64,000 nucleotides of DNA from Takakia lepidozioides (GCA_030704615.1 CM060732.1:16678001-16742000); one strand, 5' to 3'. Shown: positions 38,642 to 52,930, numbered from the stretch's first letter. Program-made: numbers and translations. The notes: generated by a model not told the origin, from the letters alone.

Positions 38642-41600
38642 CTACCCATGTGTTGTATCCCGCTGCAATAGAGTATCGACCTCGTTGAAACTCATAGTGG
38701 CCTGGTGAATGAAGTTGTCACGTTTGGGATCGCAAACCATCCTCTTAAAAATATGAAATACAAATGTTTGCAGGATATGAATTTACCTCTCTTGCCCAAA
38801 CTGGTTGATAGCATATTCACAAAATCAGGACATGTGCAATTGGGGAAACTGGAAACCGTGATGTCGTAGGTCCTGTCATGAACAGCAGATGTGGAAGTGA
38901 TGATTGTGAATACCCGACCATATCCTGGATCGGGTACTTTCGTGGTGCTTCCAACACGAGCTTGGAGCATTCTTGCGGACTCCACTTTGCCAAAGTTTTC
39001 AGCGGTTGGAGGGAAACGCCGAACGAGCTTTCCATCTCGTTTGGTTGGCCACAAGTCAGGATTTGCCGGGGGGACCCGGGAGGACGCAGAAGTAGTAGCA
39101 CATGCATGGAGTTGGGGTTGTCTCGCAAGGGAAATTCCTGCCTCCTCTAGCATTTCAATCTCCTGAAAGCTGAGATGTGTTCCCACCTTGGAGGAGATGG
39201 CTTCATCACTACGGAAGGACGCACAGTTCCATGCACACATCTGGCACAATCATCTGCGCAGAACCAGAACTTGTGGTTCTTGGCTTCTGGTTGACCGTAT
39301 GGACGCATCAAACCCGTGAAAGTCGGAGCAGGAGTTCGGGCACCACCTCTGGATATAGATGAAGTGCACTTCTCGAAATTAGTTGCCCTGATCGCTGTAC
39401 ATTTCACACGAGACCCTACACTTGTGCGTTCTATGTGCCAAACGTGGTCGGGGCATGCGGACTCAAGCACATCAAGGGGGTTGTTTCTCTCCTGCACCAT
39501 TTCAGTGGCACTGTTTGATGCTGGAGCTTGCCGTCGTGTTGGAGGTTCCTCCACAATGGAGGTTCCGGACATGGAACTGTCATGCAGGGGAACATGAGGC
39601 TTCGAGAAGTTATCACTGTCTGCCCTGTGCGAATCAGAATCCGAACCAGGTGGAGTGTTCAATTTCCTCTTACAAGAGCCGAATCTCTCCTCCCCTTCAA
39701 GATGTGGAACTCTAGAAACAAGTGGCGTTCCCTGGGCATACATGCTCACCGCCCGTGCTATCTTGATTGGATCCCCAGATCTGTTTGCAGCACGCAACAT
39801 CAACTCCCATTTGTCCGGACCCTTGCCACCAACCCCACCTCGTAAGAAATCACGGTATCGGGTTTGTTGTTGCAAGGCACGTATCAAATCATCTGTTGTT
39901 GCCACATACAAATCCCGACCTCGTTTCCCAGACTGCTGCAACCATGCGTTGTGCACAGTTTCTGCCAAATTGCAAGATGGCATGTCCGCCATTTCCTCAA
40001 TGGACATGTTCTGCAAAGTGCAGAACCACACTTCAAAACAGTGAACAGAAAACAACATAAAGAAAGCGATGACACAATAAAATGGAAAGTAAATGTATGA
40101 ATAAAGCAATAAATATAAGCCTCGTACCACTGGCATGGCTGCTCCCCACTGTCTATACCGGAAGTGCCAAAATGACAGCCAATCTTCCAATGCTCTCATA
40201 CTCTCAAGTGATGCAGCTCCGGATAGAACCACCAGGCACGAATTGTCTGGAACAAAGTGTCCGCCTCCTTCATTGTTCTAGCATCTTTGTACTCTTTGCA
40301 CAATTTACGGTGCTAAGTCTGCATCTCTGGTTTGATGTCCGACTTTGTATGTTTTTCCAGAGATTGTGTCCAATGGAATAGACATGTACGCTCTCTTCCT
40401 CGCATTGGCACTTTTGGGTCGCCCGATCCGAAGACAATACGAACAGCATTGAAATTTGCTTGAGCACTATCCGCCATGAAACCTGCGAAATTTGGAGATG
40501 GCAGCCCATGACACGTATCAGGGAATTTCACATGAGCTTCTGGGATTCCGTATCCTCGGATTGCATGTCACAAACTGCAATTGTCATAACTCGTTGGTAC
40601 ACTGGATCGTAGACATGACAAGCCATTGTCGTCCAATCCTTCACTCGTTTCACATGATCAAACATAAGAAAACAGTTCTGCAAGTCCCCAGTCTTCTGCA
40701 TCCGCTTCACGAGGCTAACCCCACTGCCCTCCCCAACAGTCGACATTTTGAAAAGAAAAACTTTGATGGCACCTTGACCTGGGAATACATTGTCCTGGAT
40801 GTAATCGTACTTGCTCACTCGTTTCAACTCCAAAATGTTGTCTATGTAGCCTCTGATACCAGAGCCCATTCTTAATGCATTGATCTGATGCCGAATGTTA
40901 GGTGAACTCAAAGTGGAGAAATGATCCATGACCAGGTCCAATGCTGCACCGTCAAGTTTAGTCCCCACAGAATCCCCTTCACTCAAAATATGGCTTTCCA
41001 AGAAGGACTTGCTTGCGCCAAGAGCAATTGCAGATGTTGTTGCGGATGGGTTTCTCCCGAACTCCTGTTTAATCAACCTCGATACTGTCTCAACACTCTC
41101 CCTGTAATCCCCCTTCGAGACAAGATGGTTATGGAATCCGAAATGCACACAAGCTCTTGTCATTGTTTTCAAACGGTGGACAACATAGTACATTCTTGCT
41201 CCGCAGAGCGCCAAGCAGGATGGCACAAGTTTGCAGAATTTGCAGACGAAAGTGTTTGCCGGTGGAGGGGCAGTCCCAGGCTGAAATGGATTTTCCGCCA
41301 GACCCTCCCATTCGCTTTGATTATGAACCCCAGACTGAAGAAAGTGTCTGCAATTCAAATTATCACACCTAAGGTGTCCATTGCAAACTGTTCTCCTGAA
41401 AACAAGCTTGTCATCATTCTGAATATTGGATGTTTTTGTTCTGCACCACGGGTGCCCGTCGTGTTTCTTGTCCATTCCATGCATCATGATTGTTACACCT
41501 CCAACTCGCGGAGGAGGAGGCAGCTCGAATAGGATATCGCCATCAAAAGTCTCTGGCAAGAACTTCACAGGCACCTGCTTCAAAGATTCCCAATCAATTC

Positions 41601-42129
41601 CTCGCAACTCACTTTTGAATCCAGCCATTCCTCCCATCGCCCGTAATTTTGGAATGACACTACAAATCTCTTCTTCATCAGCTTCTCCAACCACAGTAGG
41701 AAGGACTGGATTTGGAATTTCACTTATGTCATCATCGGACGAATCCGAAAGCTCAACGATTGGAGTGGAGGACGTCTGTTCTTTTTTCACCACCACCTCC
41801 CTCTTGTCTTCAACGACCGAAGCAGCAGTCCCGGGCGTCACATATGACCCAAGGGACTTTCGCCGAGGCTCTCCAAGTACTCTGTATCGACCAGGGCGCA
41901 CTCTCCACTGGCTGATATGAGCCGTCTCATCACGGTTTTGGAAAGAGTATTTCAACAACTTCCCTTTCAAATCGTACACCTCTTTCTCCAAAAAGATGGA
42001 GCCATTCTGAAGCTGAAAACGGGTAGCCAAGACATGTTCCAGAACAATTGCAAATCCATTGTCAAGGACTTCCTGGGAGAACGGCACTGGTTTGTCGTCA
42101 GAGAAGAACTCCGCTTCAGAGGAAGCCAT
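38642..42129 (-). pseudogene. MULE transposase of element B (GCM-like + DDE + SWIM), two exons, frameshifted
   Basis: MDKKHDGHPWCRTKTSN, LMFDHVKRVKDWTTMACHVYDP, FMADSAQANFNA..CLFHW, CNLAETVHN and NCTCPDF...CKHLYF. The intron at ~40013-40127 is at the same position as in A. Confidence 0.88.
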
Positions 42130-43358
42130 CTTCCTTCCTCGCGTACGTTGATACCTTGCTATCGCAGACCTAGTGTAAATCGGTTTACTGATGTCTCCAA
42201 AACACAGTTGAAGAATGAGCAGAGAATATGGCGGAGGAAGCTCAGACGACGACTGTGCATATTCTGTTATTCTTTCCAGATATGTAGCCGTCCATTTTAA
42301 TTACTTTTCTTGTGGGCCCAGTGGTCAGAGTATCCATAGGAGCAATGTCGGCAGCTGTTAAACCGTTAATCAGAACCTCATCAATAAACACAATAACAAG
42401 CCGACTTCCTGGAAGCATGCCACAGGATCTGAGGGTGGGATTGCAGATTAAGTAAATGTATCTTTATACTACTACCAATGATCATGCGCACCTGGAAAGT
42501 TCAAAATGTGAAACGAACGTGGGGTTGGCTAACAAGGATGACCGTGTATGATATCCCAAATTTGTCATCAAACTCTCGTTCATTTACATATATTTGTCTA
42601 AGAATGTGCGCCAAGATTTCTGGGATTCGTTGTTATTTTTAAATATTGAAACCGTTCTAATAAAGAACACGCCGTTTATTTTGGGCGACACACGTCAGAC
42701 ATCGATAACTGAATATGAACAGCTGTACACTAATTGCTGGCATGTGCACTAATAAGGGAACGACTATGTGTAACGGTCACGCGAGAGGGAATCCGATGCT
42801 TCTAGAGACAAGCAACAACGCACGCAATCCCGCAAGAAATCGGGAGTCACTTCGTTTTTCTACTTTTCGCGCTTAGAGGGAGAGTGGTAGTCAAGCTGGA
42901 GAGGGTTCCTTCTACAATACGAAAGAGAAGAAAGTCTCTTTATTTTACTTCCCTTAGAGAGAGACGCAGAGCAAGAGAGCAAATGACGAGGCGTCGTTTG
43001 TTGGAGAACACAGGGCCAAGGCAGCAGGTGAACGCGGAGACTGATTCACAAGAGCAGACCGAGACTGAGGCAGCGGCTGTGACACAGTCGGCGATAACAG
43101 TGCGCATTGGAAACCAGCCTGTGTTTGCAGAGATGACTCGCAGGGAAACTGAAGGAGGTGGAAGCACGAGGAACGTTGAACCGGGAGAAGGTCCAGAAAC
43201 CCTAGAGCAGACAGAAATTCCAACAGATGTGAGAGGGAAGAGGAAAGCTGCAGAAGGGGATCCAATTTCAAAACCTAAGAAGGCGCCAGTAAGTTTTCTC
43301 TAACTTACATTTCATTGTTGAAGATCTGCGTAGAGATTGAGTGGAATGTCCCAGAAAT

Positions 43359-44095
43359 GGATTGTCGCTACCGACCATCACCACGAAACAACGGTGATTT
43401 GCTTTCTACTCCTCTGTTAAGGGTTTACCGCACAATGAGTGGGTGACTGACGGTACCGTCAATCACCGTTGTTCAGATCATACAGTCTGTCTGATTGCCT
43501 TTCAAGCAGTCCTTCCTCTTTCCTTCTTTAGCAGGAACATGTGATTGAAGTCTACTGAATTGCGAGCGTCGTTAACGCCATTCGATTCTCCTCATGAGAT
43601 TTATTTACCTATGTGTTTGAAGAGAGAGTGAGGGTCGGCATATTCAGTCATAATGTATTGCAATGCATTTTCTTTGTATGAGGTTGAATAGATAGAGAAG
43701 TGGAAAGGCGGTACCGCCAAACAAAGATTTGAAGACCATACTGTAGATTCAGGTAGAGTATCGATTGGAAAGTACTCTCGACATAGACAGGAAACCGTGA
43801 ATGCTTGCGACGGTAATCACAATGGAGTCAATTTGAATAATCTGCACTTACTGTCCGCCCTAAACTATACTGAATGTCATTGCCGCCAATCACTTACACA
43901 TATATGTCATTACACAACACCGATCCGGCAGGTCCTTATCTTTTGTGATTGTCGTTAACGCCGTTCGCTATCGCTCTCGCTTTTGTTTTGAATTCGGCAG
44001 GATCAACTTTGCTTGTGTAGATGGTTCTGAATTTGTTTCACACCATTCATTGTGAGTTTCTTCGAGACAGAGTGATGGTCGTTACCGCCGTTCAC
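43359..44095. repeat. Dispersed degenerate copies of the element-B 24-bp palindrome in intron 1
   Basis: Examples: gtgactgacggtaccgtcaatcac (43443), gcgagcgtcgttaacgccattcga (43562), gtgattgtcgttaacgccgttcgc (43945), gtgatggtcgttaccgccgttcac (44072). Confidence 0.6.
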
Positions 44096-45959
44096 TATTT
44101 GCAAATTACTCAGTCAGATTTGAATGGCATCGTGCAGAAAACTGTGAGGTCCAAGCCTACAGGATCAGAGGGGAAAGGATCTGGAGATGGGGATGAGTCT
44201 GGAAAAAGCTCAGAGAATACAGATGAAGCAGATGAATCTGAAGTGCACTACCTTGACAAGGTGAAAGAACTCATGTCATTCCAGAAGGTAAACTCTCAGG
44301 AGGTTATAAGGGACATGCTCGTATCTGGAGGGCGTCTGGACATCCCTCTGTGCCGGATGATATCTATGCTTGTTGTGCGTCCACCTCTTTCCCATGACAT
44401 AACAAAATTGGAGAGTGATTTTGTGCATGGATACAGACTTGGTGCACAAGTTTTTTATGTGTCACTGACGGATATAAATGGGAAAAGCACATTAGTGTCT
44501 CCAGAGATCAGTGATAACTGGGATGAGTGGTGGAAAGATGCCAATGAGGAGTTCGAGCTGGGCCTCATGATGGGAAAGAACACCCAGCAATTCTGCAACC
44601 ACATGTTCTATGTCTGGGACGGCAACCACCGATTGCTGGCATGGATAGGATACATCCAGAAACACCATGCGAAAGACAAAGACAAGCATGTTGCTGTGGA
44701 GGCAATGGTTTTGGATCCAGGAAACGACATGCTAGGCTTCTTACAGCTATGCACGACGTGAACAAGTAAGTCATCCTAGAGATTTCATTCCCTCTGTAGT
44801 GTCTTGTTAATCCCCAAAAAATAGTGTTAAGGAATGCAATGTTTCCAATGTTTTTGCAGATCGACAGAGAAATCGCATGTGACAACAAGCTTGGTCCACA
44901 CACTATTCCAAATTCAGAGGATTGGTCTGATGAAGCTGGATGATTTTGGACAGTACTCCCACCCAATATAATCAAGAAGTGCGAAACAGGAAGAGCTGCA
45001 GGCACTTGGTATTCTTTGACTCGAGAGGCGTTTCTGGAGTACATGTATGCGGTAAGCCCGAGTCTGTACTCAGTTTACTTTTCGAATACATGTTTGTAGT
45101 CCCTTCGGTGCTAATCACTATTTGAATCAATGCAGCAAGAACTGGCAGAGGCAGCTGAGAAGGGAAAATCCGAATATTACCGCACTACACCAGAGGAACT
45201 AAGACATCAAAGGGTGTGGAAGCAGCAATAAAGAAGGAGTTTGAAATGCGAAGAACCAAATTGATGTCCGCCTTCGGAAAGCAGCTTAGAATAGTAGATC
45301 CTGGACTTGGTTCTGAGTTCCTTCAGCAGATCAAATCTCACTATGACAAGCATGTGCATCCGGAAATGCAGCAGGAGAAATTGCACCGGTTGGTCATATC
45401 CATGGTCGACCCACAAACAAAAATAAGGTGGCTGGAGATATGGAACTCAGATCAGACAGTAAAGGACTTGAATCAGTTCCCAAAGAGCACCATACAGCCT
45501 GGCACAAAGGTGGAAGGAATCAGTGATTTGGTGTTTGATAACTGGCTCCACAAGGCTACATTTTGGAGTCAGGTGTGTATTCAAATAAGCCGTTTTCTTT
45601 TCTTCAATTATGTGATGAGTATCTTATTTGCAATACTGACAAATATACAATTTGCAGCTCGAAAAGCGCGTCGTCATTGTGCTGGATCAGACTTTGAAGG
45701 ACTTGAACATTTCGATTGTTTCCCCTCCCCAATTGTCATTGGAGGCATACATAAGGAAGTGGAGAGGTCTCACCTGGAGATACTGTTTTTTCCGGGAGTT
45801 CTCCAAAGATGGTAACATTTTACGGTCCAACGACTTTGACAGTCAGGTTGGAGGAGAGTGGGCCATGATGCGAGTTGTGTACAGGTGCAATATCATACTG
45901 GAAACTCTACTGCATTTTTTGGGAAATAATTTGGCTTCATAAGGATTGTAATCATAGAT

Positions 45960-46710
45960 CCAAATTGAATGTCGTTGACGACATTCACTTCTTTGTCTGA
46001 GTCATTCTTAAGCGAGAATTTGAATTCACCTGGATTAGGAGCTTAGGGTGTAATTATAGTGTCCCTGATTAGAATTGATAATGTCCCTGAAGGCGTTGAC
46101 GACATTCACATCCAGAGTTGTTGAGAGGTCCTCAGAGTTATGTAAGTTTTTGTAATGTCCATAGAGTTTACAGTGAGGGTTCTCACTTCAGTTTGCTGAA
46201 TGTCAATGCAAACATTCAGTTGTTCTGCATTGCTTTTGCCTCTTGCGAGAAATCTTGAGGCTTGATTAGCTGTGTTATCAGAGATCCAAAGTGAATGTCG
46301 TTGACGACATTCACTTCTATGTCTGTGTCATTCACCAGCGACAATTTGAATTTACATGGATTGGGAGCTAATTAATTGGTTCCTTGTTGGTAATTTTGTG
46401 AATGGCGTTGACGCCATTCACATCCAGTGTTATTATGAGGTCCTCAGTGTTATGTTCGTAATGAATGTCCATTGAGTTTTTGGGGAGGGTTTCTTAGTCG
46501 AGTTTCTGATTTCCATCCAATGATTTTGCCTCTTTTGAGAAATCATTAGGCTTGATTAGCAGTGTATTCACAAATCCAAAGTGAATGTCGTTGACGACAT
46601 TCACTTCTATGTCTGTGTCATTCCAAAACGAGAGTTTGTCACGTGGATTAGGGTGTATTTACAGTATCATTGAATGGAATGTTTTGAATGGCGTTGACGA
46701 CATTCACATC
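45960..46710. repeat. Intronic array of the palindrome GTGAATG(T/G)CGT-TG-ACG(A/C)CATTCAC
   Basis: Copies at ~45965, 46087, 46291, 46398, 46581 and 46684, in ~290-330-bp dimeric units inside intron 45885-46848. Confidence 0.9.
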
Positions 46711-49700
46711 CGGAGCAGTTGTGTGGTCCTGAAAGGTCCTTGGAGCAGTTCTCAGAGCCATTTCATTCTATGTTTTTTTCATTCTGTGCTACTTGCATCT
46801 TACTCACTTCGCGCTTTGATGGGGTGGGATTTATCTCCTGTTTAACAGGTACACGAAATATGTGCTTATGGAAGGAAATCACCTGAGCGGTATTCCAGAC
46901 TATCTTGACATGTGGTCGGACCCTGCAAACGATCCAACCATATATATTGCAGGGATATTGAAGGACTGGAGTCCTTCTCACTTCAGAGACTGTGGCTGGT
47001 ACCTTGACTGCCCATCGGAGCACACGACCTTTCAAGAACAACATATGAAATATTTGAACAATAATGCTGAGATGGTGGCGCCTCTGACTGACGAAGAGTA
47101 GCAACATTGGCTGCCAAGGAGCCTGATGCTCAGGGAACGCCGCAGAAGGGAAAGAAGGCGGGCCACAAACCAAAAGACAAGGCTCTTGATGTCATAGCCA
47201 TCTCACCAGCAAAGCCAAAGGACAAAGACAAGTCCAAAGAGAAGGAAAAGGACAAGGGGAAGGAGAAAGAAAAGGAGATGGAGAGTGGGCAGGACTTCAC
47301 TGTTGGAAGATATACCCGCACAGTTCAGTGCGTGTTCGATGCCAAGCCACACCCTTCCCGTTCTGATTCGGCATGAGAGATTAAAATTGTCAATGAGGGT
47401 TGGCTGTCGATGATGCAGAGTCGAAAGAGAGGATACACTGGGGTGCCTTCGCCTACTTGGGACAACATAATCTCATTCCTCAATCTGGTGAGAATTCCAG
47501 TTTCTTTCCTTTTTCTCTGAAAGTTTCATTGGCAGTATTTCAGTCTAGTTCTTTGAAAACATTCTTGTCATTGTTCTTAAAAAAAACATGTCTATTGTAG
47601 GTGAGCACAGGTCCTACCTTCTTGTGCGGTGTACATAAAACATATGCGGCTGACATTGTCATTCTCGACATCCCGGATGGCCAGGCTGTGCCAGAAGTTC
47701 TTCCAAAGGGCAAGACGCCAGGCTGGAACAAATTCGAGGACAACTACTGGAGTTGGGTGTTCGGGTTCTGTAATAATTTCCTCTCTGATGCAGGGACACT
47801 TCTGCTTTTTCAGTCATGTGACAAAGATAGTCGTCGGGCATTGGCATCATACCTCAAGTCTTCAGGGTTTGAAGTTTTGCGCACATGGAATTGTGTGAAC
47901 AGCCTCTACCTTGTGAAAGGGGGTTTCCCTGGTCAGCTGGTATGCCGTCTCCCTTCTGCTTGTGCTTTCATGATGAGTTTCAATGTTCTCTGCAGCTCCA
48001 CTCTAGAAAAATCTGTCATGATCGACACCGATCATCACCGATTCGTGATAAAAATGATTGTTTTGTGCCTGAGTTCTGAATAGCCGATGTACACACTTCC
48101 ACTATAGATTGTGTTTACCACACTAACCTGCTATCTTTGGCAGACGAGGATGTTTGAGGCGATCTGCCTGCGGAGGATTCGCACCTCCAAGACACCATCC
48201 TCCATCCGCAACTTTGAGATTTCTGACCAGGGTTGTTTCGTCAACCCCCCCTATGAACCGCATGTCGATGACATTTTGTACAACTTCATGCAGTCCAGTC
48301 AGACTCTGAAGAGACCAGATGGCACTCCTTGGAGAGGTGCAAAGGAAAAATCCCCAGCGATCATGCAAATACTGTTGGAGTCATGCAGCCACCACTCTGC
48401 ACGGGTGGTCGATCTTTCTGTGTCCACAGGTTCGTTTTCTCCCTTCCGAATTGATTTTCTTTCACCAGTTCCATCTGCTTAAATCCCCCCCACCAAACTG
48501 TTCATGTCCTCCTGTCTGGTGCAGGAGCAACTTACCATGCATGCAAGGCAGGCGGAAGAAGCCTTTTTGGCATGGAGGGTGATTCTGACCTCTACAACAC
48601 AGTGCTCCTCCCCCTTTTGTCTAGCTCCACTTCAGGCACACAGACTGATCGGATTCAAATTCGAAATGATGACGATCCCGAAGATAAGCAGGTTGACAAC
48701 GACTTTTCATGTGAGTAAGTGCTAAACCCACTTTGGGAGTCATACTCAATTTCTCAATAACATCAAAGTTACAGTAATAACTTTTTCAGGCTGTCTTTCA
48801 GGAAAGGCAGCGGTGGATCTTCAGGAGATACAGTCATTTGTGGCGAGTCTGTTTTTGACAGCCCCCTTTCCAATTTTCTGCTTCCTGATTATGCCGAAGC
48901 AATGGCACTTCACGCGGCCGAATCCCTATCCCCTGAATTTTTACTGCCCGGCCGTAGGTGTAGCCAGCGTAGATCCGGAGTTCTTAAATACTTAGACTTA
49001 GATGCAAAGGAAGTGGGGATACATTGTACTGACTCTGAGTCAGACTGAACTATGTTCTTTTACTATTCTATTTCATCCTCTTTGGAAAACGTTGAATCCC
49101 CTTCCTCCACCGTAGTTGTTCCTTTGGAAAGAAAAATAATCAAAGAATCAACTACCATTTAAATTGCAATATGTATGAATCCATCTCACAAACCTCCCTC
49201 AGTCTTGTCATATCCATTGTGCTTTCATCTACAGTGTATTCATGCGTGCTCCATTCATGAATGTTTTCCTTTGTTCAACATCCATTGTACATTCATCCTC
49301 TGTACTCTTTAATCCACCCCACAAACCTTCCACACTCATGTCATATACGTTGTGCATTCGTCTAAAGTTTTAGTCATGCATCTTCCTGTCATGAATGTTT
49401 GTCATTGCTCAATATCCATTATACATTCATCCATTTGACTCTTATCCATCCCTCATTCATCCATCTACATTCATTTTTCACACTCATCCATCTGTTTATC
49501 ATCCAACTGTACATTCATCCATCCTTTATTCAATGCCTTTTATTATGTCGTCCAGCTTGTTTCCGCGGTAAAGGGTGCCAATCCGCGGGAATACACTCCA
49601 CTTCTTCCTGGGCGCGTGGTGACGCGGTCTTCAAGTGTGATGACGTGGAGTGAGCCCCGTGATGTGGCATTGGCGCAAGGTGACGTGGCGTGAGCGCAGT

Positions 49701-50540
49701 TGCGCTCACGTGACCAGGCTCACGCCGAGGCATCCCTGAATTCCGTGGTGAAGCAAATCTTGCGAAATTACGTGGCGGCAGACCAATCGGACTGGGTGGA
49801 CCACTTGGACGCGACAGAGTTCTGTTATAATAACACAAAACACTCCGCAATGGGAGTTTCCCCTTTCATATTGGTCTATGGAAAAGCACCTCTGGTGCCG
49901 ACAAGTTGGGCCACCCAAGACGTTGAAAAACCGGCAGCAGCAGCGGTGCTAGAAGAACACGAGCGCTTGTTGAAGCTCGCAAAGTACAACATTGCCAAAG
50001 CTAGGAAACGGTATGAACGGCAGACAAATCGAAAGCGGAGGGAAGCTAAGTTTGAGGCAGGCACGGAGGTCTGGTTGAACATCAAGAATTTATGACTACC
50101 TCCGGAAGTGAGTCTGAAGTTTGTACCTCCGTATGCGGGACCCTTTCGCATCCGGAAGGTTATGAATGAGGATGTGTATGAATTGGAGCTGCCGGCAAAT
50201 AGCAAGGTGCATCCGGTATTCCACGTCTCCCTTTTGAAGCCTTCCTTCAAAGATGAAGTGCGTCCGAATCGACATCAAGTGTTGCGTCCGTCACCTGTGC
50301 TGTTGGATCATGAAAATGAACCTGAGTACGAGGTGGAGGCAGTGCTTAAGTCGAGGAGGTTTAAGAATCAAGAAACGGAGTATCTCGTGAAATGGAAGGG
50401 CTATCATCATGTGGAGGCATCTTGGGTGCGTGCCTCAGAAATGGGAAACGCATCCGAGGCGGTTGCAGCTTTCAAAGGGCGACCTCAAAAGCGGAAGAAG
50501 CGTTGATAGGGACATCAACCTTGGATCATAAGGGAGGAAA

Positions 50541-51832
50541 TGCATGCTTAGCCCGGCTTGGCTAGCTCAGGAATCCGATTGCAAAAACTTGTATTGTACA
50601 AATTTTGTTATAAATGAAATGGTTTCCAAATGTTGTGCGTCTTATTTTCTTTGGAATTGTGATGCATGGTATGGTTGGCTAGTGTGTAGAATGCATGCTA
50701 GCTTACAAAAGTGGGAGAGGTAAATTGGATTAATCGTGTGTTTGCGTAGTGCCAAAATCGGATTACTCCCATCTAAGGGGCGGAAACTTGCGCCTTCTTT
50801 GGGAGTTCACATGCTAGTGCGCACCTGGCGCGTGCGCGTACTATAACTGCGCTACCGAGGGGGTTGCCTTGTAGTGCGGGCTAACGCGGAAGCTACGTGC
50901 TTCCGTTCACGTACTATAATCGTGTAGCCTCGGGACAAAGTCGTAGTGCGGCTTCGGTGTTCCCGTACCTCAGGCCAGCATTCCAAGGTGGTCCCAATTG
51001 TAGTGATTGGGGCGCACGGTTGGTTCAAGGTTATCTTCCTAGTCAAAAATAAAATAAAATCAAGGTGAACCCTTGCTCAAGGTGATGCCAAAAGCGGCAT
51101 CATGAGCGGTCGCAAGCAATGTTGTTGCAATAAGGCGATTCGATCCTCGGGGAGGATCGTTCCTTGGCCTTGAAGTAGGCCAAGAAGAGTGCACTGGGTG
51201 GAGCTTGAGAGGCTCCACCCTTGGCCGAGATTTGGAGGAAGTCGGCCGAACTAGCTAGTGGAGAGTAGAGTCAAGTGGGGGTTTGGTTATCTGCCATGGG
51301 ATGCCATGGTACGGAAACAAACTCCTTGATGTGGGATGCCACAACTTGGATGTTCGTTTATACAAAATGGACAAGTCGATGAGGACATCGACTCCCTGTT
51401 GGTAGTGGTGTGTGTCGCGGCCCTTTGCCTTGAGGGCAGGGGGTCGGGACACAGAGGGGCTGCCCCTGTGGAGTGAGTCAGCGGGCGAGCCAGAAAACGA
51501 TCAAGGAGTGGGGAGCTATTCCGGACTGCCATCTACCAAACGGAATTTTACTAGGCCCAAATTGGTGGAGGGTCTTTTGGAAGAGTAAAGGGGGGACCGT
51601 TATGTCCCGGTGAGCAGCCGAAGCTCCAAGTTGGCCCGGCGGCCAGTTTGGGAGTTAGGCGCGGGCATCAATGAGTAACTATGACTTGAAGGGGAGCTTA
51701 CCGAAGTGAGGTGCGCGACACGCATGATCCTATTTAGCGCACGGTGACACGCACTGGGCAGGGTCACGTACATGTTGCACAAGACCCTACCCTTGATGAA
51801 GCTCTAGTCCCACTTCGGGCTGAAGGCATGCA
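50541..51832 (+). repeat. 3' LTR of the chromovirus (~1.29 kb)
   Basis: Starts TGCATGCTTAGCCCG directly after the PPT aagggaggaaa and ends CGGGCTGAAGGCATGCA (imperfect inverted termini, TG...CA). Confidence 0.75.
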
Positions 51833-52009
51833 AGTCAACATTGACAATTCGAACCCCAGGCCATTGACTGCGGTTGAAGAAACTGAAGAAGTTGAATGAA
51901 TTGCAGAAATACATGAGGTTCACCTACTTGGAAAAGAGGAACGTGCCCTTGCCGATGCAGAAATGTCAGGAGTTCAGGAAGTGCACACCACAACAATCGT
52001 CGACACGAA

Positions 52010-52930
52010 GGCTGTCATTGTCAGCTGCTAGCAGCAAGGCAATGATGTATGCATGATTTGTGCAGAGGCGTAGATAGCTGAAGGAGCAGGGATAGAGTGT
52101 GGGTGCAGATTCAACCAAGAGGGCTGGACTTCAAGCTCTAGGTTAAACTGTGGATCAATAGGTACAAGAAACTTGCATGGGTAGATGGTTAACTGGTAGC
52201 AGTGGCACAATTGATAAAATCAGACACTGCTAATGAAGGCATCTTCTCCAGCACATTTCACCATGTTTTTCCCTCTTGTCAGAATCGGCCCTAAATTTCC
52301 ATATTGAATTCTGCAAGTTAGCTGGTTGAGTGAATCTAGTTTGGAATGACTTTGACATGATACTGCCAATGTGACAACAGGAAAGTATCAAAAAACAAGT
52401 AACAGAGATGAGAAGAAGACAACCAAGTTGTAGCCCAGTGGTAATGGGCACATATCACCTCGGAAGTGGTTGTGGGTTCAATCCACCCTTGGTGTCACAA
52501 AGGTGTCCACCTTCCTAACGGAAGGCAGTAGCCCTTCGGGGTGAAGTGACTCCATAAGTTACGCTTGCTTCGGGAAGCGTCATACATACATTTGAGGAGA
52601 AGCTGTGGAATGAATACTTTTCTGACCCCACTCAAGGATGGGACAACCAAGGCAAAAACGTGAATGCATGTTACATTTCAGAGAGTAGCAAATGCAATTC
52701 AGCATAGGAACTAGTGTGATAAGTTGAGTTGGAGGTTTCCTAGAACAAATCTAGGCTGTCATTGTCAGCTACTAGCATCAAGACAAAGATGATGCATGAT
52801 TTGTGCAGAGGCATGGATAGCTGAAGGAGCAGCGATAGAGTATGGGTCCAGATTCATCCAAGAGGGCCAGATTTCAAGCACGAGATTACCTATGATTCCC
52901 TGTGGATCAATGACTACAAGAAACCTGCAT
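52010..52930 (+). pseudogene. PDF-motif gene relics (rearranged)
   Basis: EEKLWNEYFSDPTQGWDNQGK at ~52595-52655 and IHPRGPDFKHEITYDSLWINDYKKPAW at ~52853-52933. Inverted homologues lie at 55141-55890. Confidence 0.65.

Larger units (their letters stand above)
42983..48718 (+). pseudogene. Cargo gene of element B: ParB/Srx-like + beta-class MTase-like
   Basis: GGRLDIPLCRM...FYVWDGNHRLLAW. Exons 47601-47939 (VILDIPDG..GWN..FLSDAG), 48144-48429 (PWRGAKEKSPAIMQ..VVDLSVSTG) and 48525-48718 (ATYHACKAGGRSLFGMEGD...DFSCE*). A few frameshifts. Confidence 0.82.
38027..49738. mobile_element. Element B: 11.7-kb MULE of the same family as A
   Basis: 9-bp TSD aattccgtg at 38018-38026 and 49739-49747 within the gypsy integrase. 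Ends read CAACGACGCAATGGCGTGAGC and (reverse complement) CAGGGATGCCTCGGCGTGAGC. Same two-gene layout as A. Confidence 0.93.
35910..51832 (+). mobile_element. Ty3/gypsy chromovirus, 5'-truncated and split by element B
   Basis: RT ([25 protein letters not shown]), RNase H (TDASDFAIGGVL, VFTD, NVVADALSR) and integrase, split at GQTERVNSV|VKQILRNYV. Then GPF module and chromodomain (YEVEAVL...YLVKWKGY...SW) at 50320-50506, PPT at 50530-50540 and the 3' LTR. Confidence 0.95.
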
